From Acidobacteriota bacterium (GTDB lineage Bacteria > Acidobacteriota > Vicinamibacteria > Vicinamibacterales > UBA2999): a stretch of 64,000 nucleotides of DNA. The stretch is taken from NCBI GenBank assembly GCA_027622905.1, contig JAQBVV010000001.1, positions 2,111 to 66,110 of the forward strand, given 5' to 3'. Numbering within the stretch: position 1 is the first letter of the stretch; each line of letters opens with the position of its first letter. Made by a program: the position numbers and the translations under genes. The notes beneath the pieces were generated by a model. That model did no database searches, was not told the DNA's origin, and saw nothing but the letters and a program-made list of their open reading frames with translations. Shown one piece after another: positions 30,833 to 39,892 of this stretch.

Positions 30833-31306
30833 ATGTCCGACACCAACGCCAGCACGTCCGAGTACAAGAGTTGGCAAGACCGATTCTTCGGGCGCGATCT
30901 TCCGGTGGCCTATCTCATGGTGCGAGCCACCATGGGTTTCCACATGATCGCCCACGGAGGGTCGCGTTTTCCAATTCTGAGTGAGTTCGTTGCCGAAACC
31001 CGGGAAGAGTTCATGGGCGTCACCCTGGCTGGTGTGCTCCCGATATTTCCGAGCTGGGTTGTCACGATCATTGCTTACACGATCCCGCCAACAGAGTTCG
31101 TGATCGGGCTGCTGCTCGCGGTGGGATTCAAGACGAGGCTGGCGAGCTTGGCCGGGAATGCGATGTTTCTGGTCATGATGTTCGGGCAGGTGGCGCTGAT
31201 GAACTTCGGTACGGCCCACGTCATGTGGTGGTACGTGCTGGTGTTTGCCCTCCTGGGGGCGCTGAGCTTTGCAGACCGCTACTCGGTGGATCGGATGGGA
31301 AAGTAG
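30833..31306 (+). CDS. DoxX/DoxD-like integral membrane protein
   Basis: ATG at 30833 after a GGAGA SD. It has about 4 TM helices. The family assignment is tentative. Confidence 0.5.
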   Translation: MSDTNASTSEYKSWQDRFFGRDLPVAYLMVRATMGFHMIAHGGSRFPILSEFVAETREEFMGVTLAGVLPIFPSWVVTIIAYTIPPTEFVIGLLLAVGFKTRLASLAGNAMFLVMMFGQVALMNFGTAHVMWWYVLVFALLGALSFADRYSVDRMGK

Positions 31307-31309
31307 CCA

Positions 31310-32137
31310 GTGGAGCGACACGCGGAACATGCGAAGGCGCGCGCAGGGTGTTCACGAGTTCGGGGTGCGCTGCTGTACCTGTCGCTCGGTGCGTTGCTGC
31401 TCCCCAGCCCAGCCCTGGCGCAGACCACGTTTACGCATGTGCACATGCGCGTACCCGATACAGCCGAAGCGGCAGCGTGGCATCAGGCACTGCTCGGCGG
31501 CGAGGTGGTCTCGCGAGGTCCAGGGCAGGCGGTGCTGCATCGGAACGGCCTGGTGATGACCATGCAGGCCGAGGGGGACACGCCGCCGAGCGAGGGCGGC
31601 GTGATCGATCACTTCGGCATCGCCGTCGAAGACGTTGTGGCGACGGTGGCGCGCGCCAGGGAGATGGGCGCGCAGATCAGGACCGAGCCGCAGGTCGGCG
31701 TCACGGCGTCGACCATTGCGTTCATCGAGGATCCGTGGGGCACTCGCATGGAACTGCTGGAGGACCCCGTGTACACGGGTGTGAACCACCTGCACATGAT
31801 GGCGAGCGACCCGGACGGCGTTCACGCCTGGTTTCTTGACGTGTTCGGGGGCGAGGATATTCCGGCTCGTGGCAAGGGCCAGTTTCATACCATCTTGTAT
31901 GGCGACGTCTGGGTCCATATCTCGAGGCCCGCTCAGGGGTTTCCCGCACCGAGCCGTTTCCGAGCCATCGATCACATCGGCTTTCGCGTGCCGTCCCTGC
32001 AGGCGTTCGGTGAGGTTCTCGAGGCCTCCGGCTACACGCCGTACCTGGTGAGACCCAACCCGCCTGGCTCGGACCTGATGTTTTTTGAAGGCCCGGAAGG
32101 CATTCACTTCGAGATCACGGAGATCGTCGCTCCGTAG
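31310..32137 (+). CDS. VOC (glyoxalase/dioxygenase) family protein, two domains, with signal peptide
   Basis: GTG start at 31310. It has a signal-like N-terminus (LLYLSLGALLLPSPALAQ) and two VOC modules (FTHVHMRVPD..., GVNHLHMMASDPD...). Confidence 0.7.
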   Translation: MERHAEHAKARAGCSRVRGALLYLSLGALLLPSPALAQTTFTHVHMRVPDTAEAAAWHQALLGGEVVSRGPGQAVLHRNGLVMTMQAEGDTPPSEGGVIDHFGIAVEDVVATVARAREMGAQIRTEPQVGVTASTIAFIEDPWGTRMELLEDPVYTGVNHLHMMASDPDGVHAWFLDVFGGEDIPARGKGQFHTILYGDVWVHISRPAQGFPAPSRFRAIDHIGFRVPSLQAFGEVLEASGYTPYLVRPNPPGSDLMFFEGPEGIHFEITEIVAP

Positions 32138-32206
32138 CTGCGCCGGACACGCCTGGGACGAAAAAAGTGGCGCAAGCAGGGCCCGCCGGGAGTAGCATCG
32201 GCCTGA

Positions 32207-32968
32207 ATGAATCGAGGTGCCAGCATGACACACCTATCACGCGGAATCGGACTGCTTGGAATCGTGCTTCTGATCGGCCTGCCAGCGCTGGCGCAGTCGC
32301 CGGCCGAAGAGCCCTTGCAGAACATACAGGTCTTTCCGGCGGGCACGACGCGGACCCAGTTACTGTCCACCATGAACGCCATGAACGAATCGCTTGGCGT
32401 CCAGTGCGTCTATTGTCACGTGGCTGGAGCGCCCGGCCAGCGCCCTGACTTCGTGTCCGACGCGAACCCGAAGAAAGACATCGCGCGCAGAATGATGCTG
32501 TTCCGGGACAAGATCAACGAGGACATGCCGGCGGTGCTCGGTGCGGCATCGTCAAGCACGCGCGTACTCTGTTCCACCTGCCACCGCGGCGTGCCGATTC
32601 CCAGGCAGATCTACGAGATCGTCTTCGACGCAACGGCCGAGGGTGGTGACCCTGCCGTTGGTCTGGCCAAGTTCGAGGAGCTCAGATCCCAGTTCTACGG
32701 TGGCCAGAGCTACGACTTCAGCGAACTGGCGCTGGTGGAGCTGGGGCGTCGCGCGACCGCACAGGGCAGAACCGACGATGCGATGGCGTATCTGCTCGGT
32801 AACTTCAAGTACCATCCAAACTCGGTACCCACCTATCTGGCGATTGCCCGGGCCAAGGACGCGAAGGGCGACAGGGCCGGCGCGATCCAGGATCTCGAGA
32901 AAGCCGCAGCGCTCAATCCCGGCGATGAACGGATCGGCGCGGAACTCGCACGGTTGAAGGGTGCATAA
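32207..32968 (+). CDS. c-type cytochrome (reaction-centre cytochrome c-like heme motif) with C-terminal TPR-like region
   Basis: Signal peptide present. MNAMNESLGVQCVYCHV matches the CytoC_RC-type motif, and there is a second CxxCH (CSTCH). The C-terminus is TPR-like (AIARAKDAKGDRAGAIQDLEKAAALNPGD). Confidence 0.7.
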   Translation: MNRGASMTHLSRGIGLLGIVLLIGLPALAQSPAEEPLQNIQVFPAGTTRTQLLSTMNAMNESLGVQCVYCHVAGAPGQRPDFVSDANPKKDIARRMMLFRDKINEDMPAVLGAASSSTRVLCSTCHRGVPIPRQIYEIVFDATAEGGDPAVGLAKFEELRSQFYGGQSYDFSELALVELGRRATAQGRTDDAMAYLLGNFKYHPNSVPTYLAIARAKDAKGDRAGAIQDLEKAAALNPGDERIGAELARLKGA

Positions 32969-32980
32969 ACGGAGGACGTC

Positions 32981-33958
32981 ATGAACATGTTGCGCGCGCG
33001 TCGGTTCGTCGGAGGCCTCGTATCACTGGGCGTCGTGCTCGTGCCGGCCCTGGCCATCGCCCAGGGAGGGTCATCCTGGACGTCGGTCGGCTCCATGCCG
33101 TTCGAGCGCGCCGAAATCGCGCTCGCTGAGGCGAACGGGAAGGTCTACGTCCTGGGCGGCCAGATGCGTGCGGTGGACGCGAACTCGCTGAATCAGGAAT
33201 ACGACCCGGCGACCGGCACGTGGCGGGAGCGTGCGCTGATGCCTGCGGTCACGTCGCATGCCGGAGCGGCGACGGTCAACGGGAAGATCTACGTCGTGGG
33301 TGGCTTTCAGGCCAACGTCCACGTCGGTGCCGTGAGCAACGTCTTCGAGTACGACCCCGGCACCGACGCGTGGCGTCGAGTGGCGCCGCTCCCCGCGCCG
33401 CGCGGGGCCCCGGGCGTCGTTGCGCTGAACGGAAAGATCTACGCCATCGGCGGGCGCAATCCCGACCGCGTCACCGTGAATACGAATGAGGTCTACGATC
33501 CGGCGACCGACGCGTGGATGACGGCCGCGCCGCTGCCACAGGCACGGGATCACCTGGGCATCGCCGTGTTGAACGGGCGCATCCATGTGTTCGGCGGCCG
33601 ACTGAACGCGACGGTCGACAACACCACGAGGCACGATATCTACGATCCAGCGACAGATACCTGGAGCGACGGCGCACCGTTGAATATTGCCCGCAGCGCG
33701 GGTGTCGTCTTCTTGATTAACGGTCGGATCGTGTGGGCAGGTGGCGAATGCAAGGACGCACAGGCGCGTACCACGTTTGACGACGTGGAGGTCTTCGATC
33801 CCGGGGCCAACCGATGGACCGTGTTGTCGAAGATGCCGATCGGTCGGCACGCGGCTGCGGGCGTCACCGTCGGAGACGTGGGCTACGTCATGGGCGGTGC
33901 CAACGGCTGCGGCACGGACCGACAGACGAAGGACATCAGCGCCTTCCGGATGCAGTAG
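32981..33958 (+). CDS. Kelch-repeat beta-propeller protein, secreted
   Basis: Signal peptide present, with repeated NGK(I/V)Y(V/A)xGG units (NGKVYVLGG, NGKIYVVGG, NGKIYAIGG, NGRIHVFGG, NGRIVWAGG). Confidence 0.85.
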   Translation: MNMLRARRFVGGLVSLGVVLVPALAIAQGGSSWTSVGSMPFERAEIALAEANGKVYVLGGQMRAVDANSLNQEYDPATGTWRERALMPAVTSHAGAATVNGKIYVVGGFQANVHVGAVSNVFEYDPGTDAWRRVAPLPAPRGAPGVVALNGKIYAIGGRNPDRVTVNTNEVYDPATDAWMTAAPLPQARDHLGIAVLNGRIHVFGGRLNATVDNTTRHDIYDPATDTWSDGAPLNIARSAGVVFLINGRIVWAGGECKDAQARTTFDDVEVFDPGANRWTVLSKMPIGRHAAAGVTVGDVGYVMGGANGCGTDRQTKDISAFRMQ

Positions 33959-34010
33959 TCCCGGGAACGCGCTGGCCTGGCGCACGTGACCAGGCCGGCG
34001 CGACACGCCA

Positions 34011-34116
34011 CTAAAGCGTTTTTCGATTTGGTGTAGACCGAAAAACGCGGGAACGCGCTTTTCGAAAAGGCCTGGCCCCTGCGAGAAGCCCCAGACCGAA
34101 ACGAAAAGCGCTCTAG
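34011..34116 (-). repeat. Copy 3 (reverse orientation) of the ~100-nt dispersed palindromic element
   Basis: The reverse complement reads ctagagcgcttttcgtttcggtctggggcttctcgcaggggccaggccttttcgaaaagcgcgttcccgcgtttttcggtctacaccaaatcgaaaaacgctttag. It lies between convergent genes. Confidence 0.9.
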
Positions 34117-35756
34117 TTTCCCGCCGGCTTCGTGAGCTGCGGATACCTGATGCCAAGCTGTTCGAGATACGTCGCGAACCGCGAAGGGTCGTAATAGAAC
34201 TCGCGCAGTCGCTCGCGATACTGCGCCATGATCTCTGCGTTCTTCTCGGTGGCCGGCGGGTCGTCGGCCGTGATGAACGGCGTGTAGGTTTCCCCGGCCG
34301 TCTGCTCCTCGCGGAAGTAGCGCCACGCGTCTTCGACCAGCGTGGGGTTCTGCAGCAGGTCCAGCATCGTCGCCGCCATGACCTTGGCACCGGCCGTGGC
34401 TCCCTTGTGTGCGATCGGCGTCGCCATGGCCATCGCGCTCGACCAGTGATGACCCGTCCGACCGGCCACGTTGGACGGGAAACTCAGTCTGACCGTAGGG
34501 ACGTTCCACGACACGTCACCGATGTCGTCCGATCCTCCCGACACCGGCTCGTCGGGGGGCTCGGCAATCCCCCCCAACTCGGTGGACAGGCCCACCACCT
34601 TGTCGGCGCCCATGAACTCCTGGAACGCTCGCGCAAAAGCCTGGTCGTCCTCGGACCATGCCGGAAGACCCACAGCCGTGATGTTCTCGTCCATGGCCAG
34701 CGCGATCGTCTTGTTGAAGTGTCGGGGGTAGGCGGCCCCGACGACGCGCCGGGTGAGCGTCGTATCGGTCATCAGCGCGGCGCCTTCGGCCATGCGCTGT
34801 AACGTCTCCACGTTCTCTCGAATGCCGTCGGCCGTGATCTCCCGGACGAAGTACCAGACCGAGGCGACCGATGGCACCACGTTGGGCTGGTCGCCGCCGT
34901 CGACGATCACGTAGTGTGAGCGCTGCAGCGGATGCAGGTGTTCCCGCCGGAAGTTCCATCCGACGTTCATCAGCTCGACCGCATCCAGTGCACTTCGGCC
35001 CTTCCACGGGTCGGCCGCTGCATGCGCGGCGACGCCTTCGAAGGTGTACTCGACCGACACCAGGCCCGTGCCCGCTGAGGGCCCCCAGCTGACGTCCATG
35101 TTGTCGCCGACGTGCGAGAACAGCACCGCGTCAACGCCCTCGAAGCGGCCGTCTCTGGCGAACCAGGCCTTCGACCCGACGAGTTCCTCGGCGACGCCCG
35201 GCCAGAGCACGATGGTACCAGGCAGGTTCTCGCGCTCCATGAGTTCCTTGACCGCGAGCGCGGCCGTCACGTTGACGGCCTGGCCGGAGTTGTGCCCTTC
35301 CCCGTGTCCGGGCGCACCCTCGACCATCGGCTCCCGATACACGACGCCTGGCATCTGCGACGACTTGGGGATGCCGTCGATGTCGGAGCCAAGAGCGATC
35401 ACGGGCCGACCCTCGCCCCATGTGGCCCACCACGAGGACGGGATCCCCGACACGCCCTGCTCCACCGTGAAGCCGTTCGCTTCGAGCATCTCCGTCAGAT
35501 AGCGCTGTGTCTCGAACTCCTGAAAGCCGAGTTCGGAAAACGAAAACAGGCTGTCAACGATCTCCTGCGTGAGCTTCTGCAGCTCATCGACCCGCGCGGC
35601 CGCCTCTGCTTTCAGGCCGGTCAGCGACGGTGGATCGTCGGCGCCGGTGGTCTCCTGACTCTCCTGGGCCACGGCCATCCCGCTGGTCGCGACGAGCATG
35701 GCACAGGCCAGTGGCAGCAGTCGTCTCATCGTCATTCTCATCGGCGTCACCCTCAT
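34113..35756 (-). CDS. M20-family amidohydrolase/peptidase (AbgB-like), secreted
   Basis: 547-aa ORF with a signal peptide (MRRLLPLACAMLVATSGMAVAQ) and a metal-binding region (GAPGHGEGHNSG). Confidence 0.85.
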   Translation of the reverse strand: MRVTPMRMTMRRLLPLACAMLVATSGMAVAQESQETTGADDPPSLTGLKAEAAARVDELQKLTQEIVDSLFSFSELGFQEFETQRYLTEMLEANGFTVEQGVSGIPSSWWATWGEGRPVIALGSDIDGIPKSSQMPGVVYREPMVEGAPGHGEGHNSGQAVNVTAALAVKELMERENLPGTIVLWPGVAEELVGSKAWFARDGRFEGVDAVLFSHVGDNMDVSWGPSAGTGLVSVEYTFEGVAAHAAADPWKGRSALDAVELMNVGWNFRREHLHPLQRSHYVIVDGGDQPNVVPSVASVWYFVREITADGIRENVETLQRMAEGAALMTDTTLTRRVVGAAYPRHFNKTIALAMDENITAVGLPAWSEDDQAFARAFQEFMGADKVVGLSTELGGIAEPPDEPVSGGSDDIGDVSWNVPTVRLSFPSNVAGRTGHHWSSAMAMATPIAHKGATAGAKVMAATMLDLLQNPTLVEDAWRYFREEQTAGETYTPFITADDPPATEKNAEIMAQYRERLREFYYDPSRFATYLEQLGIRYPQLTKPAGN

Positions 35757-35921
35757 CTCACATGCACCGGAACCCGGTTCGCCCGGCGTCCGGGCGCGGT
35801 GCGCGATTTCCGCCCCGATTATAGGGCGCCCACCAGGGGGATCGCTGCGATCACTCAGACCTGCGCACGTTGGTTGTGACCCTTGTGCGTGGCGTCAGGA
35901 TTCCGGAGTCCAATAGACGTC

Positions 35922-35950
35922 TTGACAATAGTTGTTCCAACGTATATCTT
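35922..35950 (+). promoter_or_regulatory. Candidate sigma-70 promoter giving a leaderless marR transcript
   Basis: TTGACA (35922-35927), a 17-bp spacer, then TATCTT (35945-35950). The marR ATG at 35957 lies 7 nt after the -10 element and no SD precedes it. Confidence 0.45.
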
Positions 35951-35956
35951 CCTGTC

Positions 35957-36451
35957 ATGGCACGGACGGCTGGCAAACTCGGATCGGGCGTGGGGGGCTC
36001 CAGGCGCCGCAGCGCCGAGGCTCGTGCCCGGTACGAGGTCTTCGCCGAGATCCTCCAGGCGGCTGAAGAGATGCAGCGCAGGTTCACTGAGCTCTTCCGG
36101 CGCGTCGACCTCTCGCTGGCCCAGTACAACGTTCTGCGAGTGCTCCGGGGGGCCGGACCTGCCGGACTGACGTGCGGCCAGGTGGGCGACCGCCTGATGC
36201 AGCACGACCCCGACGTCACGCGCTTGCTCGACCGGCTGGCGCGGCGCGCTCTGATCGCACGAGTGCGCGAGGCCGCAGACCGGCGCATCGTCCGCACGAC
36301 GATCACCCCGTCTGGGGTCGCCATGCTGGCCGATCTGGATGCGCCGGTCGAGGCGCTGCACGAGGCCCAGCTCGGGCACCTGACGACCCGGCAGCTGGAG
36401 GAGTTGGCCGCGGCCGTGGCGGCTGCCCGTCACGCGCCGCCAGTGGGATAA
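35957..36451 (+). CDS. MarR-family transcriptional regulator
   Basis: Internal ATG of ORF 35870..36451. It has a winged-HTH core (LSLAQYNVLRVLRGAGPAGLTCGQVGDRLMQHDPDVTRLLDRLARRALIAR). Confidence 0.85.
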   Translation: MARTAGKLGSGVGGSRRRSAEARARYEVFAEILQAAEEMQRRFTELFRRVDLSLAQYNVLRVLRGAGPAGLTCGQVGDRLMQHDPDVTRLLDRLARRALIARVREAADRRIVRTTITPSGVAMLADLDAPVEALHEAQLGHLTTRQLEELAAAVAAARHAPPVG

Positions 36452-36514
36452 ATATTGCGGGCCAGATATCTGTTTTAACGAATATATGTCAAACGAATAG
36501 AAAGGAACTTTCCC

Positions 36515-36958
36515 ATGCGAAACACCTCATCACTCGACCGCGGGCTCCTCGTCATCCGGATCGCGCTCGGCCTGGTCTTCGTGGCGCACGGCGGCCAGAA
36601 GCTCTTCGTCTTCGGACTCGACGGCGTCCCCGCCTTCCTGACACAGGCGGGCTTCCCGTTTCCCGTCCTCAACGCCGCCGCGATAACAGGCGTGGAGCTG
36701 CTCGGTGGTCTTGCGCTACTTGTCGGCCTCGCGACCCGGGCGGCCGCGGCGCTCACGGCCGTCTCGATGCTCGTTGCCATCCTCACCGTGCACCTGGCCA
36801 GCGGCTTCTTCCTGCCGAACGGGTACGAGTACCCGCTCACACTGATGCTCGTCAGCGTCGGCCTCGTGCTGAGCGGCGCGGGGGCGTACTCACTCGACGC
36901 CCGCCTGCGCGGCGCCGGGGCCGAGGCGGAAAGCCCTACCTACAGGCTGGCGGCCTGA
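36515..36958 (+). CDS. DoxX-family membrane protein
   Basis: 147-aa ORF. LLVIRIALGLVFVAHGGQKLF...GVELLGGLALLVGLATR is typical of DoxX. Confidence 0.85.
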   Translation: MRNTSSLDRGLLVIRIALGLVFVAHGGQKLFVFGLDGVPAFLTQAGFPFPVLNAAAITGVELLGGLALLVGLATRAAAALTAVSMLVAILTVHLASGFFLPNGYEYPLTLMLVSVGLVLSGAGAYSLDARLRGAGAEAESPTYRLAA

Positions 36959-37004
36959 CCGCCGTTCGACCATCGCACCGCATACACCTGGACTGGAGGA
37001 CACC

Positions 37005-37703
37005 ATGATCACGCGACGTCCATCGTCGGAGCGGGGCCACGCAAACCACGGATGGCTCCACACGTACCACACCTTCTCGTTCGCTGACTATCGCGATCCG
37101 GTGCACATGGGCTTCCGGTCGCTGCGCGTCATCAACGAAGACGTGGTCGCGCCGGGTCAGGGCTTCGGCACGCACCCCCACCACGACATGGAGATCGTGA
37201 CCTACGTGTTGTCGGGAGGTCTCGAGCATCGCGACAGCACAGGCAGCCACGGCGTCATCACGCCGGGCCTCGTGCAGCGCATGAGCGCCGGGACCGGCGT
37301 GACGCACAGCGAGTTCAACGCGTCAAAGACCGACCCGGTGCACTTGCTCCAGATCTGGATCGTGCCAGAGGTGCGCGGTGTTACGCCGCGCTACGAGGAC
37401 CGACCCTTTCCGGTGGAGCGGATGATGAACCGGCTCGGCCTGCTGGTGTCGCCCGACGGCGCCGACGGGTCGCTCGACATCTACCAGGACGTGAAGATCT
37501 TCAGCGCCGTGCTCGATGCCGGTCGCGGCGTGACGCACGAACTCGCCGCGGCCCGGCACGTCTGGGTGCAGGTGGCGCGTGGCCGAGTCACCGTCAACGG
37601 GCTCGCACTCGATCAAGGGGACGGCGCGGCCCTGTCGGATGAGCCGCGCGTGACGATCGCCGCCGCGGAGCCGTCGGAGATCCTGCTGTTCGACCTGAAG
37701 TGA
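37005..37703 (+). CDS. Pirin-family protein (YhhW-like quercetinase fold)
   Basis: 232-aa ORF. ERGHANHGWLHTYHTFSFADY...GFGTHPHHDMEIVTYVLSG matches the pirin N-domain metal site. Confidence 0.9.
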   Translation: MITRRPSSERGHANHGWLHTYHTFSFADYRDPVHMGFRSLRVINEDVVAPGQGFGTHPHHDMEIVTYVLSGGLEHRDSTGSHGVITPGLVQRMSAGTGVTHSEFNASKTDPVHLLQIWIVPEVRGVTPRYEDRPFPVERMMNRLGLLVSPDGADGSLDIYQDVKIFSAVLDAGRGVTHELAAARHVWVQVARGRVTVNGLALDQGDGAALSDEPRVTIAAAEPSEILLFDLK

Positions 37704-37865
37704 CGGGCGCAGGTGGCTGCGGCCTGGATCGACGCCGACCGTGGCGTCGAGCCGGGTGAGGAGGACCGGTCCACGCGTCGGTCAGCCGGAGATGAGCACC
37801 TCGCCGGTTGTCTCATTGCAGCCGCCCTGTACAATCCCGTTCATTCCCTGCAGGAGGCGCGACCG

Positions 37866-38504
37866 ATGCACTACGACGCAATCGCCAACGCACATGGGCT
37901 GGCGCACGACCCGTTCAAGGCGCTTGTCGGTCCTCGACCGATCGGTTGGATCACGTCTGTCAGTGCGGACGGGGTTTGCAACCTCGCGCCGTACAGCTTT
38001 TTCAACGCCGTGTCGGACCGGCCCCACTACGTGATGTTTTCATCCAGTGGCAAGAAGGACAGCCTGCGAAACATCCACGAGACTGGCGAGTTCACCTGCT
38101 CGATGGCTACCTGGGACACCCGTTTCGCCATGAACGTCAGTTCTGCCCCGGTGGCGCCGGACGTTGATGAGTACCAGGTCGCCGGACTGACGGCGGTGGC
38201 CTCGCGTTTCGTCAAGCCACCCAGAGTCAGGGAGGCGCCGGCGGCGCTCGAGTGCACACACTGGAAGACGATCGAGCTTCCGGACGTCGAGGCCGGGTCA
38301 GACCAGGGCCACTTCGTGGTGTTCGGTCGCGTGGTGGGTATCTACATCGATGATGCCTACGTGCACGACGGGCGGGTCGACACCGGCGCGATGCGGCCCA
38401 TCGCCCGACTTGGATACATGCAATACGCCGCGGTGACGCCGGAGACGGTCTTCGATATCGATCGGCCGAGCATCGCCAGGAACGGAAGCGTGGTGCGATC
38501 GTGA
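37866..38504 (+). CDS. Flavin reductase family protein (FMN-binding split barrel)
   Basis: ATG at 37866 after a CAGGAGG SD. FKALVGPRPIGWITSVSADGVCNLAPYSFFNAV is typical of the family. Confidence 0.8.
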   Translation: MHYDAIANAHGLAHDPFKALVGPRPIGWITSVSADGVCNLAPYSFFNAVSDRPHYVMFSSSGKKDSLRNIHETGEFTCSMATWDTRFAMNVSSAPVAPDVDEYQVAGLTAVASRFVKPPRVREAPAALECTHWKTIELPDVEAGSDQGHFVVFGRVVGIYIDDAYVHDGRVDTGAMRPIARLGYMQYAAVTPETVFDIDRPSIARNGSVVRS

Positions 38505-39784
38505 CGGATGCCCCGCGCAGCTCCATCCCCCTGGTGGCCTTCGCCAGCCTCATTGGCACGACGATCGAGTGGTACGACTTCTTTCTGTACGGCACCGCGT
38601 CGGCCTTGATCTTCAATCGGCTCTTCTTCCCGGAGTTCGACCCGCTCGTGGGCACGATGGCTGCCGTCGGAACGTTCTCGGTGGGCTTCGTCGCTCGACC
38701 GATTGGCGGGATCGTGATCGGACATTTCGGTGACCGCGTCGGTCGCAAGTCGATGCTCGTGCTGACGCTCGTCATCATGGGGGTGGCGACGTTCTTGATA
38801 GGCCTGCTGCCAACCTACGAACAGATCGGCCCGTGGGCTGCCGTGTTGCTCGTCGTGCTTCGGATCGCGCAGGGGTTCGGTGTTGGAGGGGAATGGGGGG
38901 GCGCGGTGCTCATGGCCGTGGAGCACGCCCCCGCCCACCTCAGAGGTTTCTACGGAAGCTGGCCGCAGATTGGCGTGCCGGCTGGGCTGCTGCTGTCCAC
39001 CGGTGTCTTTTCGCTTGTCACGCAGCTCCCCGAGGAAGCCTTCCTGAGCTGGGGATGGCGTGTGCCCTTCCTGCTCAGCATCGTCCTGGTCGGCGTCGGG
39101 CTGGTGATCCGGGTCACGATCCTCGAAACGCCTGCATTCCAACAGATCAAAGCGTCCGGGAGCGAGGCTCGTCAGCCGATCCTCGAGGTGCTCACGCACT
39201 ACCCGAGGGAGGTGCTGCTGGCCATGGGCGCGCGCATCGCCGAGAACGGGGCGTTCTATGTCTACAGCGTCTTCGTGATCGCGTACGCCACCCAGCAGGT
39301 GGGGATGGATCGGACGACCGTTCTCGGGGGCATCCTGTTGGCGGCGGCGCTCGAAATCTTCGCGATCCCCCTGTTCGGGTATTTGTCCGACCAAGTGGGT
39401 CGACGGCTCGTGTACATCTTCGGGGCCGTGGTGACCGCGGTGTTCGCGTACCCCTTCTTCCTGATGCTCGACACCGGGTCCGCGCCGATCGTCTGGACGG
39501 CCTTGATCATCGCGTTCGTGTTCTCCCACGCGGCGATGTACGCGCCGCAGGCCGCATTCCTCTCGGAACTGTTCGGCGCGCGCGTGCGCTACAGCGGCGC
39601 GTCGCTGGGCTCACAGCTCGCGTCGGTGATCGCGGGCGGACTGTCGCCCCTCATTGCGCTGGCCCTGCTCAATGCGTACGGCGACCATGCCCAGGGCCCG
39701 CTGGCTCTGTACATGGTCGGCATGTCGCTGATCACCATCGTCGCCGTGACGCTCGCATCGGAGTCAGCCCGGGATCGGTTCTAG
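38501..39784 (+). CDS. MFS transporter, MHS type
   Basis: 427-aa ORF that overlaps the flavin reductase stop by 4 nt. Motifs: GTTIEWYDFFLYGTAS, GHFGDRVGRKSML. Confidence 0.85.
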   Translation: MTDAPRSSIPLVAFASLIGTTIEWYDFFLYGTASALIFNRLFFPEFDPLVGTMAAVGTFSVGFVARPIGGIVIGHFGDRVGRKSMLVLTLVIMGVATFLIGLLPTYEQIGPWAAVLLVVLRIAQGFGVGGEWGGAVLMAVEHAPAHLRGFYGSWPQIGVPAGLLLSTGVFSLVTQLPEEAFLSWGWRVPFLLSIVLVGVGLVIRVTILETPAFQQIKASGSEARQPILEVLTHYPREVLLAMGARIAENGAFYVYSVFVIAYATQQVGMDRTTVLGGILLAAALEIFAIPLFGYLSDQVGRRLVYIFGAVVTAVFAYPFFLMLDTGSAPIVWTALIIAFVFSHAAMYAPQAAFLSELFGARVRYSGASLGSQLASVIAGGLSPLIALALLNAYGDHAQGPLALYMVGMSLITIVAVTLASESARDRF

Positions 39785-39892
39785 CGGAACCGACGAGGCT
39801 TGAGGTCCTCCGGGGTGCTGTGTGGACGTTCGCTGATCTGAGCCTGCCACGATGTCCGTCGCGTCGCGGGAGCGACCGCTGAGCCCGCCCCG

